A stretch of 59,175 nt of DNA, filler included, from Candidatus Woesearchaeota archaeon (GTDB lineage: Archaea > Nanobdellota > Nanobdellia > Woesearchaeales > GCA-2685855): assembly GCA_002685855.1 (NCBI GenBank). It is 4 parts of 4 records of this genome, joined end to end, with 100 filler letters (N's around TTAATTAATTAA, not from the genome) between each part and the next. Parts side by side here need not be neighbours in the genome. Positions count along the whole stretch, not along the records: positions 1 to 13,777 come from NYYS01000035.1; 3 more parts are not named here. One strand, given 5' to 3'. Shown piece by piece: positions 1 to 8,851 of the stretch. Position 1 is the stretch's first letter; the number at the start of each line of letters is the position of its first letter. The notes beneath the pieces were generated by a model, which worked only from the letters and a program-made list of their open reading frames with translations, was not told the DNA's origin and searched no databases. The translations under genes and the position numbers were made by a program.

Positions 1-282
1 CAAACAGATGATAATTAAAGAAGTAGGATAGATACTGATAGATCATTTCAATCTTCTTGTTTTCATCCCTTTGTGCATATACTTTGATATTTTCAAGAAT
101 GTTGTTTAATAGATCCTCAACAAGTTTCTCATTTCTTCTATCCGTTGGTAATTTCCTTGTTTTAATTCAGCTAGAATACTTTCGATTTGTGCTTCTTCTC
201 TCCTTGCCTTTTTCCCAGTTGTTCTGATGAGGGCTCCAAAACTCCTCAGCGAGACTGTTGCTCTTTCCTCTTGGCGTAACAT
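1..282 (-). other. Probable 5' part of a hypothetical CDS running off the window, apparently frameshifted near 160-163
   Basis: ATG at 282 reads MLRQEERATVSL...AELKQG and stops at 106-108. A second frame (KTRKLPTDRRNEKLVEDLLNNILENIK...) stays open from about 165 to the window edge. Confidence 0.35.
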
Positions 283-386
283 TTTGTTAGTGAAACTGTT
301 ATCCTAAGTTAATAAACCTTTCGAAAAGGGGGAGGTTCTATTATTAAAAGCGCAATGTTTATTAATACAGCATAGAGGATCAATCT

Positions 387-1070
387 ATGACCAAGAGGCC
401 CTCAAAGCCAATATTTGAAAAAGTAGCCATATGTTTATCTGTGATTTCTCTTGCCTACCTTCTTTTAGTGACTGCCTTCTTTCAGGTGTATCAGGACGAA
501 CAATTTTATATCAACCAATATGAGAAAAATGGAGCCGCAACAACGCTTGGCAAAGAAAACGCAACAGCCATCACAGAAAACCTCCTCACCTATCTCAACA
601 CAGAAAAATACGTCTATGAAGACAAAGGAAAACTTACATATTTCACAGAATCAGAAAAAAGCCATCTCGCAGATGTCAAGCAGATCTTCAACATCCTTTC
701 CGACCTCTACTATCTTTCCTTACTCATCGTAACCTTCTCGATTATCTGGCTTATCACACAAACAAAAAGATGGCAGCATTCGCTCGCAACCATTCTTTTC
801 TATGGGGGAATCATAAGCATCGCATTCATTCTCCTTCTCCTACTCGCAGTAGCCCTTAACTTTGACAAGGCATTCCTCACCTTCCACGAACTCCTCTTCC
901 CACAAGGAAACTACTCCTTCCCCCACGATTCACTTCTTAAAACACTCTATCCCGACACCTTCTTTGTTAGTTTTACATACAGAATAATCTTCTATGTGGT
1001 GTTAAGCTCTATCCTGGCTACCTTTGCGGGCTTTACCTGGAAGAAACATTTAAAAAAGAAATCAACCTAA
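387..1070 (+). CDS. DUF1461/TIGR01906 membrane protein, Lit-like (lipoprotein intramolecular transacylase family)
   Basis: Four hydrophobic segments; family motifs EKSHLADVKQIF and FDKAFLTFHELLFPQGNY with two His residues. Confidence 0.75.
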   Translation: MTKRPSKPIFEKVAICLSVISLAYLLLVTAFFQVYQDEQFYINQYEKNGAATTLGKENATAITENLLTYLNTEKYVYEDKGKLTYFTESEKSHLADVKQIFNILSDLYYLSLLIVTFSIIWLITQTKRWQHSLATILFYGGIISIAFILLLLLAVALNFDKAFLTFHELLFPQGNYSFPHDSLLKTLYPDTFFVSFTYRIIFYVVLSSILATFAGFTWKKHLKKKST

Positions 1071-1774
1071 ACCTTTCTACAAACAGAGATAAACCCTGTA
1101 TGCAACTGCTGAGTTTCCGGACGTGCCTTCTTCCCTTCAACCATCCACGCTCTCTGTAAGGTCTCAAACGTTTTCAGATGAAGAAAACTATCTGAAAGCC
1201 CATTCACAAACTGCAAAGACTGGGTAATGTGAGGAAGATAGACAACAAGAAACCCTCCCTGCTTAATCGCAGCTGTCATGGTTTCCAACGCTTCCCACGG
1301 AGTAGGCATATCCAGAACAAAAAGATCAAACCCCTTCTCCTTAATCGGCTGTGTAATGTCCTGAAGATGCGTTTTCACATTCTTCAAACCTAATCGTGAA
1401 ATATTCTCATCAACAACCTTCTTATGATCCTCTCGGACTTCATAGCTATGAACCTCTTTGACAATACCGCCAAGAAAACAGGCCAGCCATCCGCTCCCAC
1501 TTCCTGCATCCCCTACCTTACTTTCCGTATGAACACCTGTCTCGGCAATGATGGCAGCAGCATCCTTAGGAAGAATAACCTGTGCCTTGCGCTTCAGGTT
1601 TCTCAACAGATCTCCCTGCGAAGCAGGGCAGCACAGAAACTCCTCTCCTGTATTCGAAACAATCTTTCCTATCTTAACATCTTTAGAACGAACCACTCCC
1701 CACTTTGTGTGAAAATCCTTCTCACTATCTTGAAGAAAGCTACTTCCTGATCTGTGTAGTATGCAGAGTTTCAT
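1067..1774 (-). CDS. trmI: tRNA (adenine-N1)-methyltransferase TrmI (m1A57/58)
   Basis: RKAQVILPKDAA, DAGSGSGWL SAM-binding motif, LDMPTPW and HTGFI. Start moved to ATG 1774 because the longer ORF overlaps tRNA-Cys. Confidence 0.9.
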   Translation of the reverse strand: MKLCILHRSGSSFLQDSEKDFHTKWGVVRSKDVKIGKIVSNTGEEFLCCPASQGDLLRNLKRKAQVILPKDAAAIIAETGVHTESKVGDAGSGSGWLACFLGGIVKEVHSYEVREDHKKVVDENISRLGLKNVKTHLQDITQPIKEKGFDLFVLDMPTPWEALETMTAAIKQGGFLVVYLPHITQSLQFVNGLSDSFLHLKTFETLQRAWMVEGKKARPETQQLHTGFISVCRKV

Positions 1775-1781
1775 AGTAAAA

Positions 1782-1898
1782 AGCGCACGGAGGGACTTTC
1801 GAACTTCGTTCTCGGTCATTTCGACCAAGCTCGAAATTACTCGAACCCCCGAATAATCGCTCTGCAGGCGATCGCCTTAGCCACTTGGCAACGTGCGC
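1782..1898 (-). tRNA. tRNA-Cys(GCA) with a 44-nt intron at 59/60 (1796-1839)
   Basis: Acceptor GCGCACG/CGTGCGC plus U discriminator; anticodon arm ATCGC-CTGCAGA-GCGAT. Strict BHB in the T-loop (TTCG:CGAA helix, two AGT bulges). Spliced length 73 nt. Confidence 0.93.
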
Positions 1899-1983
1899 AT
1901 TATGAAAACGATTTACATTACTTTTTATATACTTTTCCTCCAGGAACTGTGCCGGATACGAGAACATTCTTGAATAAAAAAAA

Positions 1984-2094
1984 TGAGCCCGGTGAGATTC
2001 GAACTCACGATCTACAGCTTAGAAGGCTGTCGCCCTCTCTGGTGCTCCCAGAGTTAGCATCTAAGCACGTATATCCAGACTAGGCTACGGGCCC
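1984..2094 (-). tRNA. tRNA-Arg(TCT) with a 36-nt D-loop intron (2037-2072)
   Basis: Acceptor GGGCCCG/CGGGCTC; anticodon arm ACAGC-CTTCTAA-GCTGT; T arm GTGAG-TTCGAAT-CTCAC. Relaxed BHB (CTGG:CCAG, bulges ATA and AGA). Spliced length 75 nt. Confidence 0.92.
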
Positions 2095-2169
2095 CTATTG
2101 CACACGAACAAGCCTAAGCCTTTTAAAACTTTTGGGAAGTTTTATAACTGGATGCGGATTTTCAGCCGG

Positions 2170-2544
2170 ATGACAAACGGCGTAACCCCCCAAAATAGAG
2201 ACTTCAGTGCCATTCCTGGCTATTGGAGCATACAAAGAAGCTGGTTTCCATTTCGAAATACACGAAGCTTTACCCCAACAGCAAGTGTTGAAGAAGCAGT
2301 GACTAGCTATATCGCAAAACAACGATTTCCTGTTTCTCTGGTTGATATCGAACGAGATGTTCACCAACCTCGATCATCTGAAGAGTCTAACACAGGTCTT
2401 GTTGATTGTGTTGCATCTCTTTTAGAGAAGGGGGAAATACGTAAGGCAACGTGTATCAGTACAGGTAGGGGGCTTATTCATATCAAGACCTCTGCGTATG
2501 GCGGTCCTTATGCTCCCCTCTACGAGACAGATAAACGATTCTAA
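2170..2544 (+). CDS. Hypothetical protein, possible winged-helix domain
   Basis: ATG 2170 lies about 28 nt after a TTTATAA box. SVEEAVTSYIAK...VSLVDIERDV...VASLLEKGEI resembles a wHTH pattern. Confidence 0.5.
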   Translation: MTNGVTPQNRDFSAIPGYWSIQRSWFPFRNTRSFTPTASVEEAVTSYIAKQRFPVSLVDIERDVHQPRSSEESNTGLVDCVASLLEKGEIRKATCISTGRGLIHIKTSAYGGPYAPLYETDKRF

Positions 2545-2624
2545 TCAAATCTGAGTTATTTTCTATATTGTAATTAAATGTGTGGGGAGGTAGTTATTTA
2601 AACACCCCCTTCCTCTCACACCCT

Positions 2625-2657
2625 ATGACAGGAGTTGATTATATTCATCATCAGTAG
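2625..2657 (+). promoter_or_regulatory. Putative hisS leader peptide MTGVDYIHHQ*
   Basis: TATTTAAA box at 2595-2602 and ATG at 2625. Tandem His codons CAT CAT are followed by CAG TAG, 60 nt upstream of hisS. Confidence 0.55.
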
Positions 2658-2717
2658 TTCTCGTTTACCTAGTCCCAACTCCACAAACCTTATAAATTCC
2701 CAAGAAAAGGTGAACCC

Positions 2718-3998
2718 ATGAACCTACAAACAGCAAAGGGAGTACAGGACATTCCCCCAGAAGAGGCAATCATCAGGCAACGCATCATCACCACAATCAG
2801 AGAGGCCTTTGAACGCTACGGCTATGCACCTCTGGAAACACCAACATTCGAACTCTTTGAAGTGCTCGCTTCAAAATATAGCGGAGGAGCAGAGATCCTC
2901 AAAGAAACTTTCCAATTCAACGACCAGGGAAAACGAAAACTGGCGCTTAGATATGATCTTACAGTTCCCTTCTCCCGCTTTGTTGGCATGAATCCCCAGC
3001 TAAAGATGCCCTTTAAACGGTATGAAATGGGAAGAGTATACAGAGATGGCCCAATAAAAAAAGGTAGAATGAGAGAGTTCTGGCAGTGCGATGCGGACGT
3101 TGTCGGAACACGAAGCATGGCAGCAGAAGCAGAACTCCTGCTCATGGCAGTAGACGTATTCGAAAAACTTAAGATCGATATTACTTTGAAAGTTAACAAC
3201 AGAAAACTCCTGAACGGCTTCGTAGCCTATGTTGGAGCAAAAAAAGATGCAACAAAGATCATCCTCTCCCTTGACAAACTCGCAAAACAAGGAAGAGCAG
3301 AAGTAAAAAAAGAACTCCTGGAAATCATCCCCGAAGAAAAAGCAGAAAAACTGCTTACACTCGTTCAAACAAAAGGAACGTTCATACAGATCAAAAAAGT
3401 ATTCAGCGTCCTTAACGAAGAGGCACAGGAAGGACTCAAAGAGCTCGAAGAACTCTTCTCATTAACACAAAACAAACGCATCATCTTCGATCCCGGCCTT
3501 GCACGCGGACTCGCCTACTACACCGGAACCGTGTTCGAAGCATTCTGCCCCCAAATGGGCAGCAGCCTCGGAGCAGGCGGGCGTTACGACAGAATGATCG
3601 CAGACTTTCTTGAAAGAAAAGAAGACGTTCCTACCGTCGGATTCTCATTCGGAATCGAACCCATAACAGTGGTAGTAGGAGAACGTGAAACAATCAAACG
3701 AAAAACACCCACCGATCTCTTTGTAATACCGATCGGCACAGCAAAAGAGGCATTTGCATTCACACAATCCCTCAGAGAGAAAGGAATCAAAGCAGACCTC
3801 GACCTTATAGGCAGAGGTATTAGCAAAAATCTCTCTTATGCCAACGGCCTTGCAATCCCCTATGTGGTTATTCTCGGGGAAACAGAACTTAAAGAGAAAA
3901 AGGTCAAAATAAAAAATATGGAATCAGGAAAAGAAGAGCTTGTCGACATGGACAAAGTTGCAAAAAAGATGCTTGCTCTCATAAAAAAAATTGACTAA
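2718..3998 (+). CDS. hisS: Histidyl-tRNA synthetase
   Basis: LALRYDLTVP, YRDGP..GRMREFWQCDAD, LARGLAYYTG, GAGGRYD, and a C-terminal anticodon-binding domain. Confidence 0.97.
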   Translation: MNLQTAKGVQDIPPEEAIIRQRIITTIREAFERYGYAPLETPTFELFEVLASKYSGGAEILKETFQFNDQGKRKLALRYDLTVPFSRFVGMNPQLKMPFKRYEMGRVYRDGPIKKGRMREFWQCDADVVGTRSMAAEAELLLMAVDVFEKLKIDITLKVNNRKLLNGFVAYVGAKKDATKIILSLDKLAKQGRAEVKKELLEIIPEEKAEKLLTLVQTKGTFIQIKKVFSVLNEEAQEGLKELEELFSLTQNKRIIFDPGLARGLAYYTGTVFEAFCPQMGSSLGAGGRYDRMIADFLERKEDVPTVGFSFGIEPITVVVGERETIKRKTPTDLFVIPIGTAKEAFAFTQSLREKGIKADLDLIGRGISKNLSYANGLAIPYVVILGETELKEKKVKIKNMESGKEELVDMDKVAKKMLALIKKID

Positions 3999-5200
3999 GA
4001 TTCCATTGGATACAACCCATAAATCAGACTTTTAACTTCTCCTGCATCAGCATCTGTTACAGCCTTTTCAATAATGCCCGATCTAAATACTTCATTTTTT
4101 GATCTTCTTGCAACAGATAATGCCATTAAAGGAAGTTTATCCTGAAGTATTCTTTCTGCCTCCTTTACAAGGTCAACATCCTTGTCTGCCTTTCCAACCC
4201 AGTACGCATTATGAGGATCTCTTGTAAGAAGTTTTGTTCGAGAATCTTCAACCATTGTCTTATCCTGATAGACTTTGCCAAGACGAAGAGCAGCTCGAGA
4301 ATCCACTTGAATAAGATAATCTCTTGAAGCTTGAATAAGAGATTCATCCCTGCATCGCTTTCCAAGAACATAGTCTTTTTTAGGATCTTTCTCAACAATA
4401 CCTTCTCTTGCCTTTTCCACAAGTTTTTCATCCTCACTTCGTACACCTGCAAAGTAGGAATCAAACGGCCAATTCTCAACTCGTTCCCAGCCAACCATCC
4501 TCATTAACTTTTTATCCTTAATCCATTTTCCAACACGATAAAGCTGAACTCGTCGTGAGTCCCTCTCAACTAATTCCCAGGCGGTTTCCCTCATGAGATC
4601 TTGATCACGAACATAAACTGCAACATGAAAGGCATTAGGAATATAGCAGTTCCCCTCACTATCCAACATCTTCCTGCATGCATCTCTTGCCAAGTTTCTA
4701 TCTCCAATTTCCATTGCAATCTGAGAAGGAGTAAGACCTTCTTTTTCTAAATACAGGCGAGCCACACCTTCTAAAAGTAAGGGGTCCTCTGTCTCACTTG
4801 CTATCCTGTAAGCTTCCCCTCTCTCTAATTCTAATATTTTCTGTCGGGTTGCAGCAAGAAGTTCATCATCCTGAGAAAACCATGCCGCCTTATAAGCTGA
4901 TTTACAATCTGTTTCTAAAAGATGCCAGCCCGCCTTTCTGACAGCTTGACGATCCTCTCCATTCTTGCCAGCTTGAACTGCTTTTTTAGGATCTAACTCT
5001 ACGAGTGCATTAGCTACCTTTCTGATAAGATATTTATTCTCCAAATTTGCTCCGTAAAGAAACGCAGCATCTGGTTCGAGTTCAATATAGCGATCAACAA
5101 CACGATCAGCATCCTCATCCAAAACATTAACAACTTCGTCTGAATAGCCAAAAACGCGCATTACTTCAACAATCTTTTCTAAATTTTCTTCTGAAACCAT
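3995..5200 (-). CDS. Hypothetical alpha-solenoid protein with about 28-aa helical repeats
   Basis: Repeating DPxxAYxxGxxxxDxxLxxxARxxLxxx units through most of the ORF. Confidence 0.7.
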   Translation of the reverse strand: MVSEENLEKIVEVMRVFGYSDEVVNVLDEDADRVVDRYIELEPDAAFLYGANLENKYLIRKVANALVELDPKKAVQAGKNGEDRQAVRKAGWHLLETDCKSAYKAAWFSQDDELLAATRQKILELERGEAYRIASETEDPLLLEGVARLYLEKEGLTPSQIAMEIGDRNLARDACRKMLDSEGNCYIPNAFHVAVYVRDQDLMRETAWELVERDSRRVQLYRVGKWIKDKKLMRMVGWERVENWPFDSYFAGVRSEDEKLVEKAREGIVEKDPKKDYVLGKRCRDESLIQASRDYLIQVDSRAALRLGKVYQDKTMVEDSRTKLLTRDPHNAYWVGKADKDVDLVKEAERILQDKLPLMALSVARRSKNEVFRSGIIEKAVTDADAGEVKSLIYGLYPMES

Positions 5201-5260
5201 ATGCACAGGAAATAGAAGCGTCTTATAAATCTTTACCCTATATTAGAATAGTACAGTCTA

Positions 5261-5422
5261 TTAAAATAGTGCATAGATAAAGGGAGAAACCGCACTACTC
5301 TGCGCAAAGATGATCAACAATCCCACAATTAATAAGAGAATAACAATAGGAAGAAGCCACCACGCCTTACGAACGCGCAAAAAAGACCAAACCTCTCCAA
5401 GCATTGATTTATTTCGGGCCAT
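5261..5422 (-). CDS. DUF5989/SxtK-like single-TM micro-protein (53 aa), missing from the ORF track
   Basis: Translates MARNKSMLGEVWSFLRVRKAWWLLPIVILLLIVGLLIIFAQSSAVSPFIYALF*. It has its own TATTTAAA box at 5444-5451. Confidence 0.88.
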   Translation of the reverse strand: MARNKSMLGEVWSFLRVRKAWWLLPIVILLLIVGLLIIFAQSSAVSPFIYALF

Positions 5423-5469
5423 ATCCGCAGAACATACTATTCGTTTAAATAGTTTTTTAAAACACCGTT

Positions 5470-6834
5470 CTATTCCTGAAGAAGAGGAAGAAGTTCATCA
5501 GCAACGATCTCATGCCCTTTCTCACTCAGATGTCCATCAATCTCCAGAAAGGGAAAATCAGAAACATCAGAAGATTCAGAAAGCATCATCACTTCATCAC
5601 CCAGCACATCAGAAAGATCGATAAATTCCATTCCCTCCTGCATTGCATATTCAGCCAATAAAGAAGACTCCCTTTTTTCAAACGAATCTTCCGGAAGCAT
5701 AGTTCCCGTAGCCTTCTCAAAATAAACAGAACTGCGATGAGGAAAATAAAGAAGGACAACCTCGGCATCCAGAGAATCTGCCATTTCCTGAATGCGCGAA
5801 AAAGAATCCAGGGTAGAAGTCCACTCTCTGCTTTCACCAAGATCCTTCAATCGGGAATCATCTCTTCCTGCCTTTTCAATCTCCTGTTCATACCTTTCAA
5901 ACAAGGGAAAGATAATCTCCACATTCTTCCCTTCTGCCTGTTTTACAAATGCTGCAACTTTTCCGAACGAAAACCGGGATTCAACAAAGAGAAATAATGC
6001 AGGAACAAAAAACTTTGACTGAACACGCACTTCACGAGAAACAGATGACTGAATACCGCCTGTAAACTCTTTGGAATTCATCGCAAGAACTTCATCAAAA
6101 AAACTTGCCTCACGATCAAACGTTCCAGCAGTATACCCAATAAGAACAACCTTTGGACGCAAAGGAAAACCATACAATCGAAAGCTTCCCTCCATCTGCT
6201 TTGGGGCATATCCTTGTACACCCAGATTATACGTTGTAACACCGCCATCAGAAAGAAGAGAGGGCCAAATATTCTCTGTAGAAACCCCCATTCCCTCAGT
6301 AAAAGAATCCCCGACAGCAACAACATCCACCTGTTTCAAGGCAGCAAGAGAAGGATGATTCTTAAACCCCTTTGCATCGGTCAGCCACTCATAGGCAAAC
6401 TGCTCATCAGTCCCGCGAAAACCCTGAGAACGAACAAGTGTATTCGCCTTAAACTTCACATAAGGACTTTCATCAAGATATTCCACGCTGCTCTCCCGAA
6501 CCTCGGCAATATCCTCTGTTGCAATAAAATTCCGAATCCCCAATGGAATCATTCCCGGAGCAAGAGCTGCAAAAACCTCAAGAACAAATATGCAAATAAG
6601 CAAGGAAAAAATTGCAAGCTGAAGATTCTCAACTTTCTGAGCAAACTTTTTTCTTGAATGCAGGAAAAACAAACTCAAGATTGAAACAATCACAGAAACA
6701 GAGATTGCTGTAGTGGCAATCACAGAAACAACATCCAGCAAAAGCCAATAAAGCAAAAGAATAAAAACCGAAAAAGATAAAACTAAACTTCGTGCTTTAA
6801 TATTTACTTTTAACCCTTTCTTAGTCTTTTGCAT
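5470..6834 (-). CDS. Membrane-anchored SGNH/GDSL-fold protein (AlgJ/AlgX/DltD-like)
   Basis: Three N-terminal TM helices; GDSFTEG block I, NLGVQGY block II, and C-terminal DGH catalytic motif. Confidence 0.8.
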   Translation of the reverse strand: MQKTKKGLKVNIKARSLVLSFSVFILLLYWLLLDVVSVIATTAISVSVIVSILSLFFLHSRKKFAQKVENLQLAIFSLLICIFVLEVFAALAPGMIPLGIRNFIATEDIAEVRESSVEYLDESPYVKFKANTLVRSQGFRGTDEQFAYEWLTDAKGFKNHPSLAALKQVDVVAVGDSFTEGMGVSTENIWPSLLSDGGVTTYNLGVQGYAPKQMEGSFRLYGFPLRPKVVLIGYTAGTFDREASFFDEVLAMNSKEFTGGIQSSVSREVRVQSKFFVPALFLFVESRFSFGKVAAFVKQAEGKNVEIIFPLFERYEQEIEKAGRDDSRLKDLGESREWTSTLDSFSRIQEMADSLDAEVVLLYFPHRSSVYFEKATGTMLPEDSFEKRESSLLAEYAMQEGMEFIDLSDVLGDEVMMLSESSDVSDFPFLEIDGHLSEKGHEIVADELLPLLQE

Positions 6835-8581
6835 ACTTCTCACTATCCCATTTATCCCGAGGATTATCATCCCTCTTAATCAAAAAACTATCCATAACCA
6901 GATAATCAATCCCTGTACCCATCATACACTTATATGCATCAAACGGAGTACACACTATTGGCTCTCCTCTAATATTGAAAGAGGTATTAATAAGAATAGG
7001 AATTCCAGAAAGTTTACCAAACTCCTTAATCAGATCATAGTATAACTTGTTTTGATTCCTTCGAATCGTCTGTAGTCGTCCGCTCCCATCAACATGTGTA
7101 ACTGCAGGAATCTTTTTCTGCCATTTCTTCTTAATAGGATACACCATCAACATATAATCTGTTGGTTCAGGAATGGGTTTGTCACATTCAAAATATTTCA
7201 AAGCATCATCCTCGCAAACAACTGGAGCAAACGGCCGAAACTTCTCACGATGCTTTACCTTTAAATTAAGAATCTCCTGCATATCAGGATTCGTGGCATC
7301 CGACAAAATACTTCTCGAACCCAATGCGCGCGGACCCCATTCCATCCTTCCTTGAAACCAGCCAATAACATTATTCTTGCGAATTAACTGTGCGGTTTGC
7401 TTAACAAGATCTTTATCATTCTTAAACTCAGAATAAACAATACCATTCCGATCAAGGAAATGTTTTATGTGTTCTCTTGAAAATTCAGGGCCAAGAAATG
7501 CATCTCGCTGCACAAACGATCTTTTATAATCAAGAAGCGTATAGTAGATATAGGAAGCCACCCCAATACTTGTTCCTCCATCTGTTGCGTTTGGCTGCAT
7601 CCACACTTTTTTGAACTTTGTATTTCGCAAAATCTTTCCATTATAGACGCTATTAAGAGCAACACCCCCTGACATTACAAGGTTCTCGCACTTCGTAACC
7701 TTGTAGGCATGATTCAAAATCAAGGTCATAGCATCCTCTAACACCATCTGCAAAGCAGCTGCAATATCTTGATGCCTTTTAGAAATTTCAGACTCGTCTT
7801 TTCTGATAGGTCCTCCAAGAAGCCGGCACATCTTTTCAGAAGGCATCCGATCCTTGTAATGAAAAAGAAAATACCGCAGATCAAAACGATAACTGCCATC
7901 ATCCTTAATATCAATAACCTTTCGCAGCTTCTGATAAAAAGGGTTCTTCTTCCGATCCATACATCCATACGGACTCAAGCCCATAACTTTGTATTCTGAA
8001 TTATTCACACTAAAACCCAGATAGGCAGTAATCGTCGAATACAACAACCCCAACGAATGAGGAAACCGTATCTCTTTCAGCAACTGAATATCCGACCCAT
8101 CTCCCACTCCATAAGTTGTCGTTGTCCATTCTCCCACTCCATCAACCGTCACAATCGCTGCTTTCTTAAAAGGACTTACAAGAAAACTACTTGCTGCATG
8201 AGCAAGATGATGCTCAATAAAGAGAACATCCCCTTTATACTTGAGACTCTTACGTATTTTGCTAATAACGCGCAACTTCTGGTTAATCCAGGAAGGAGTT
8301 GAACTCAGAAAGGTCTTTAAGGTCAAAGGAAACATATCCATGTGCTGAGAAAGCAAACGTTCAAACTTCAGAAAAGGCTTTTCATAAAACCCCACAATTT
8401 TCACATCCTTAATCGAAATATTCTGACTGGCCAGACAATACTTAATTGCACGAATCGGAAATGAATTATCATGCTTCTTCCTGCTAAATCTCTCTTCCTC
8501 TGCAGCCGCAACAATCACGCCATCCTTCAGCAAAGCAGCAGATGAATCATGATAATAACAACTTATTCCCAGAATATACAT
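6821..8581 (-). CDS. NodU/CmcH-family O-carbamoyltransferase (SxtI-like)
   Basis: HDSSAALL, EEERFSRKKH, EHHLAHAAS, EYKVMGL, GRMEWGPRALGSRS, FRPFAP, THVDGSGRLQT and NTSFN. Confidence 0.95.
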   Translation of the reverse strand: MYILGISCYYHDSSAALLKDGVIVAAAEEERFSRKKHDNSFPIRAIKYCLASQNISIKDVKIVGFYEKPFLKFERLLSQHMDMFPLTLKTFLSSTPSWINQKLRVISKIRKSLKYKGDVLFIEHHLAHAASSFLVSPFKKAAIVTVDGVGEWTTTTYGVGDGSDIQLLKEIRFPHSLGLLYSTITAYLGFSVNNSEYKVMGLSPYGCMDRKKNPFYQKLRKVIDIKDDGSYRFDLRYFLFHYKDRMPSEKMCRLLGGPIRKDESEISKRHQDIAAALQMVLEDAMTLILNHAYKVTKCENLVMSGGVALNSVYNGKILRNTKFKKVWMQPNATDGGTSIGVASYIYYTLLDYKRSFVQRDAFLGPEFSREHIKHFLDRNGIVYSEFKNDKDLVKQTAQLIRKNNVIGWFQGRMEWGPRALGSRSILSDATNPDMQEILNLKVKHREKFRPFAPVVCEDDALKYFECDKPIPEPTDYMLMVYPIKKKWQKKIPAVTHVDGSGRLQTIRRNQNKLYYDLIKEFGKLSGIPILINTSFNIRGEPIVCTPFDAYKCMMGTGIDYLVMDSFLIKRDDNPRDKWDSEKYAKD

Positions 8582-8599
8582 TGTGTAGCCTCATTTCAT

Positions 8600-8851
8600 T
8601 TAAAACTGTCTATAATATTCTTCTAACGGTCTTTTTTTCGTTGAAAGATTTGACCAATAGCTTTTTGCCTTTTTTGAAATCCTTTTTTGCACTAATCTCT
8701 TTCCTGAAATCCGAACAAACAGAGAAGATAAACCAACACCTACAACATAAACAAAGGTGAGGAGAATGCTGTTCACTAAAGTAGAGATAGTATGTCCAAA
8801 CAAGGCCATTCCGCTCGTGAACCCTTTCCAAAACTGTTTGCCTGTTTTCAT
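8600..8851 (-). CDS. SxtJ-like small membrane protein (C-terminal-type half)
   Basis: Hydrophobic LLTFVYVVGVG segment and SYW...EEYYRQF terminus; ATGA overlap with the upstream gene; typical neighbour of carbamoyltransferases. Confidence 0.7.
   Translation of the reverse strand: MKTGKQFWKGFTSGMALFGHTISTLVNSILLTFVYVVGVGLSSLFVRISGKRLVQKRISKKAKSYWSNLSTKKRPLEEYYRQF

Noticed and set aside
1740..1967. 75-aa ORF and the N-terminal extension of trmI to 1828
   Set aside because: Both overlap tRNA-Cys.
1782..2544. Integrated element at the tRNA genes
   Set aside because: No integrase and no duplicated tRNA 3' end (att site) seen near any of the four tRNAs.
5310..5624. 104-aa plus-strand ORF
   Set aside because: Antisense shadow of the DUF5989 peptide and SGNH genes.
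5261..8851. Saxitoxin biosynthesis (sxtIJK homologs)
   Set aside because: No sxtA, sxtG or other core genes in the window; the trio is widespread outside toxin producers.
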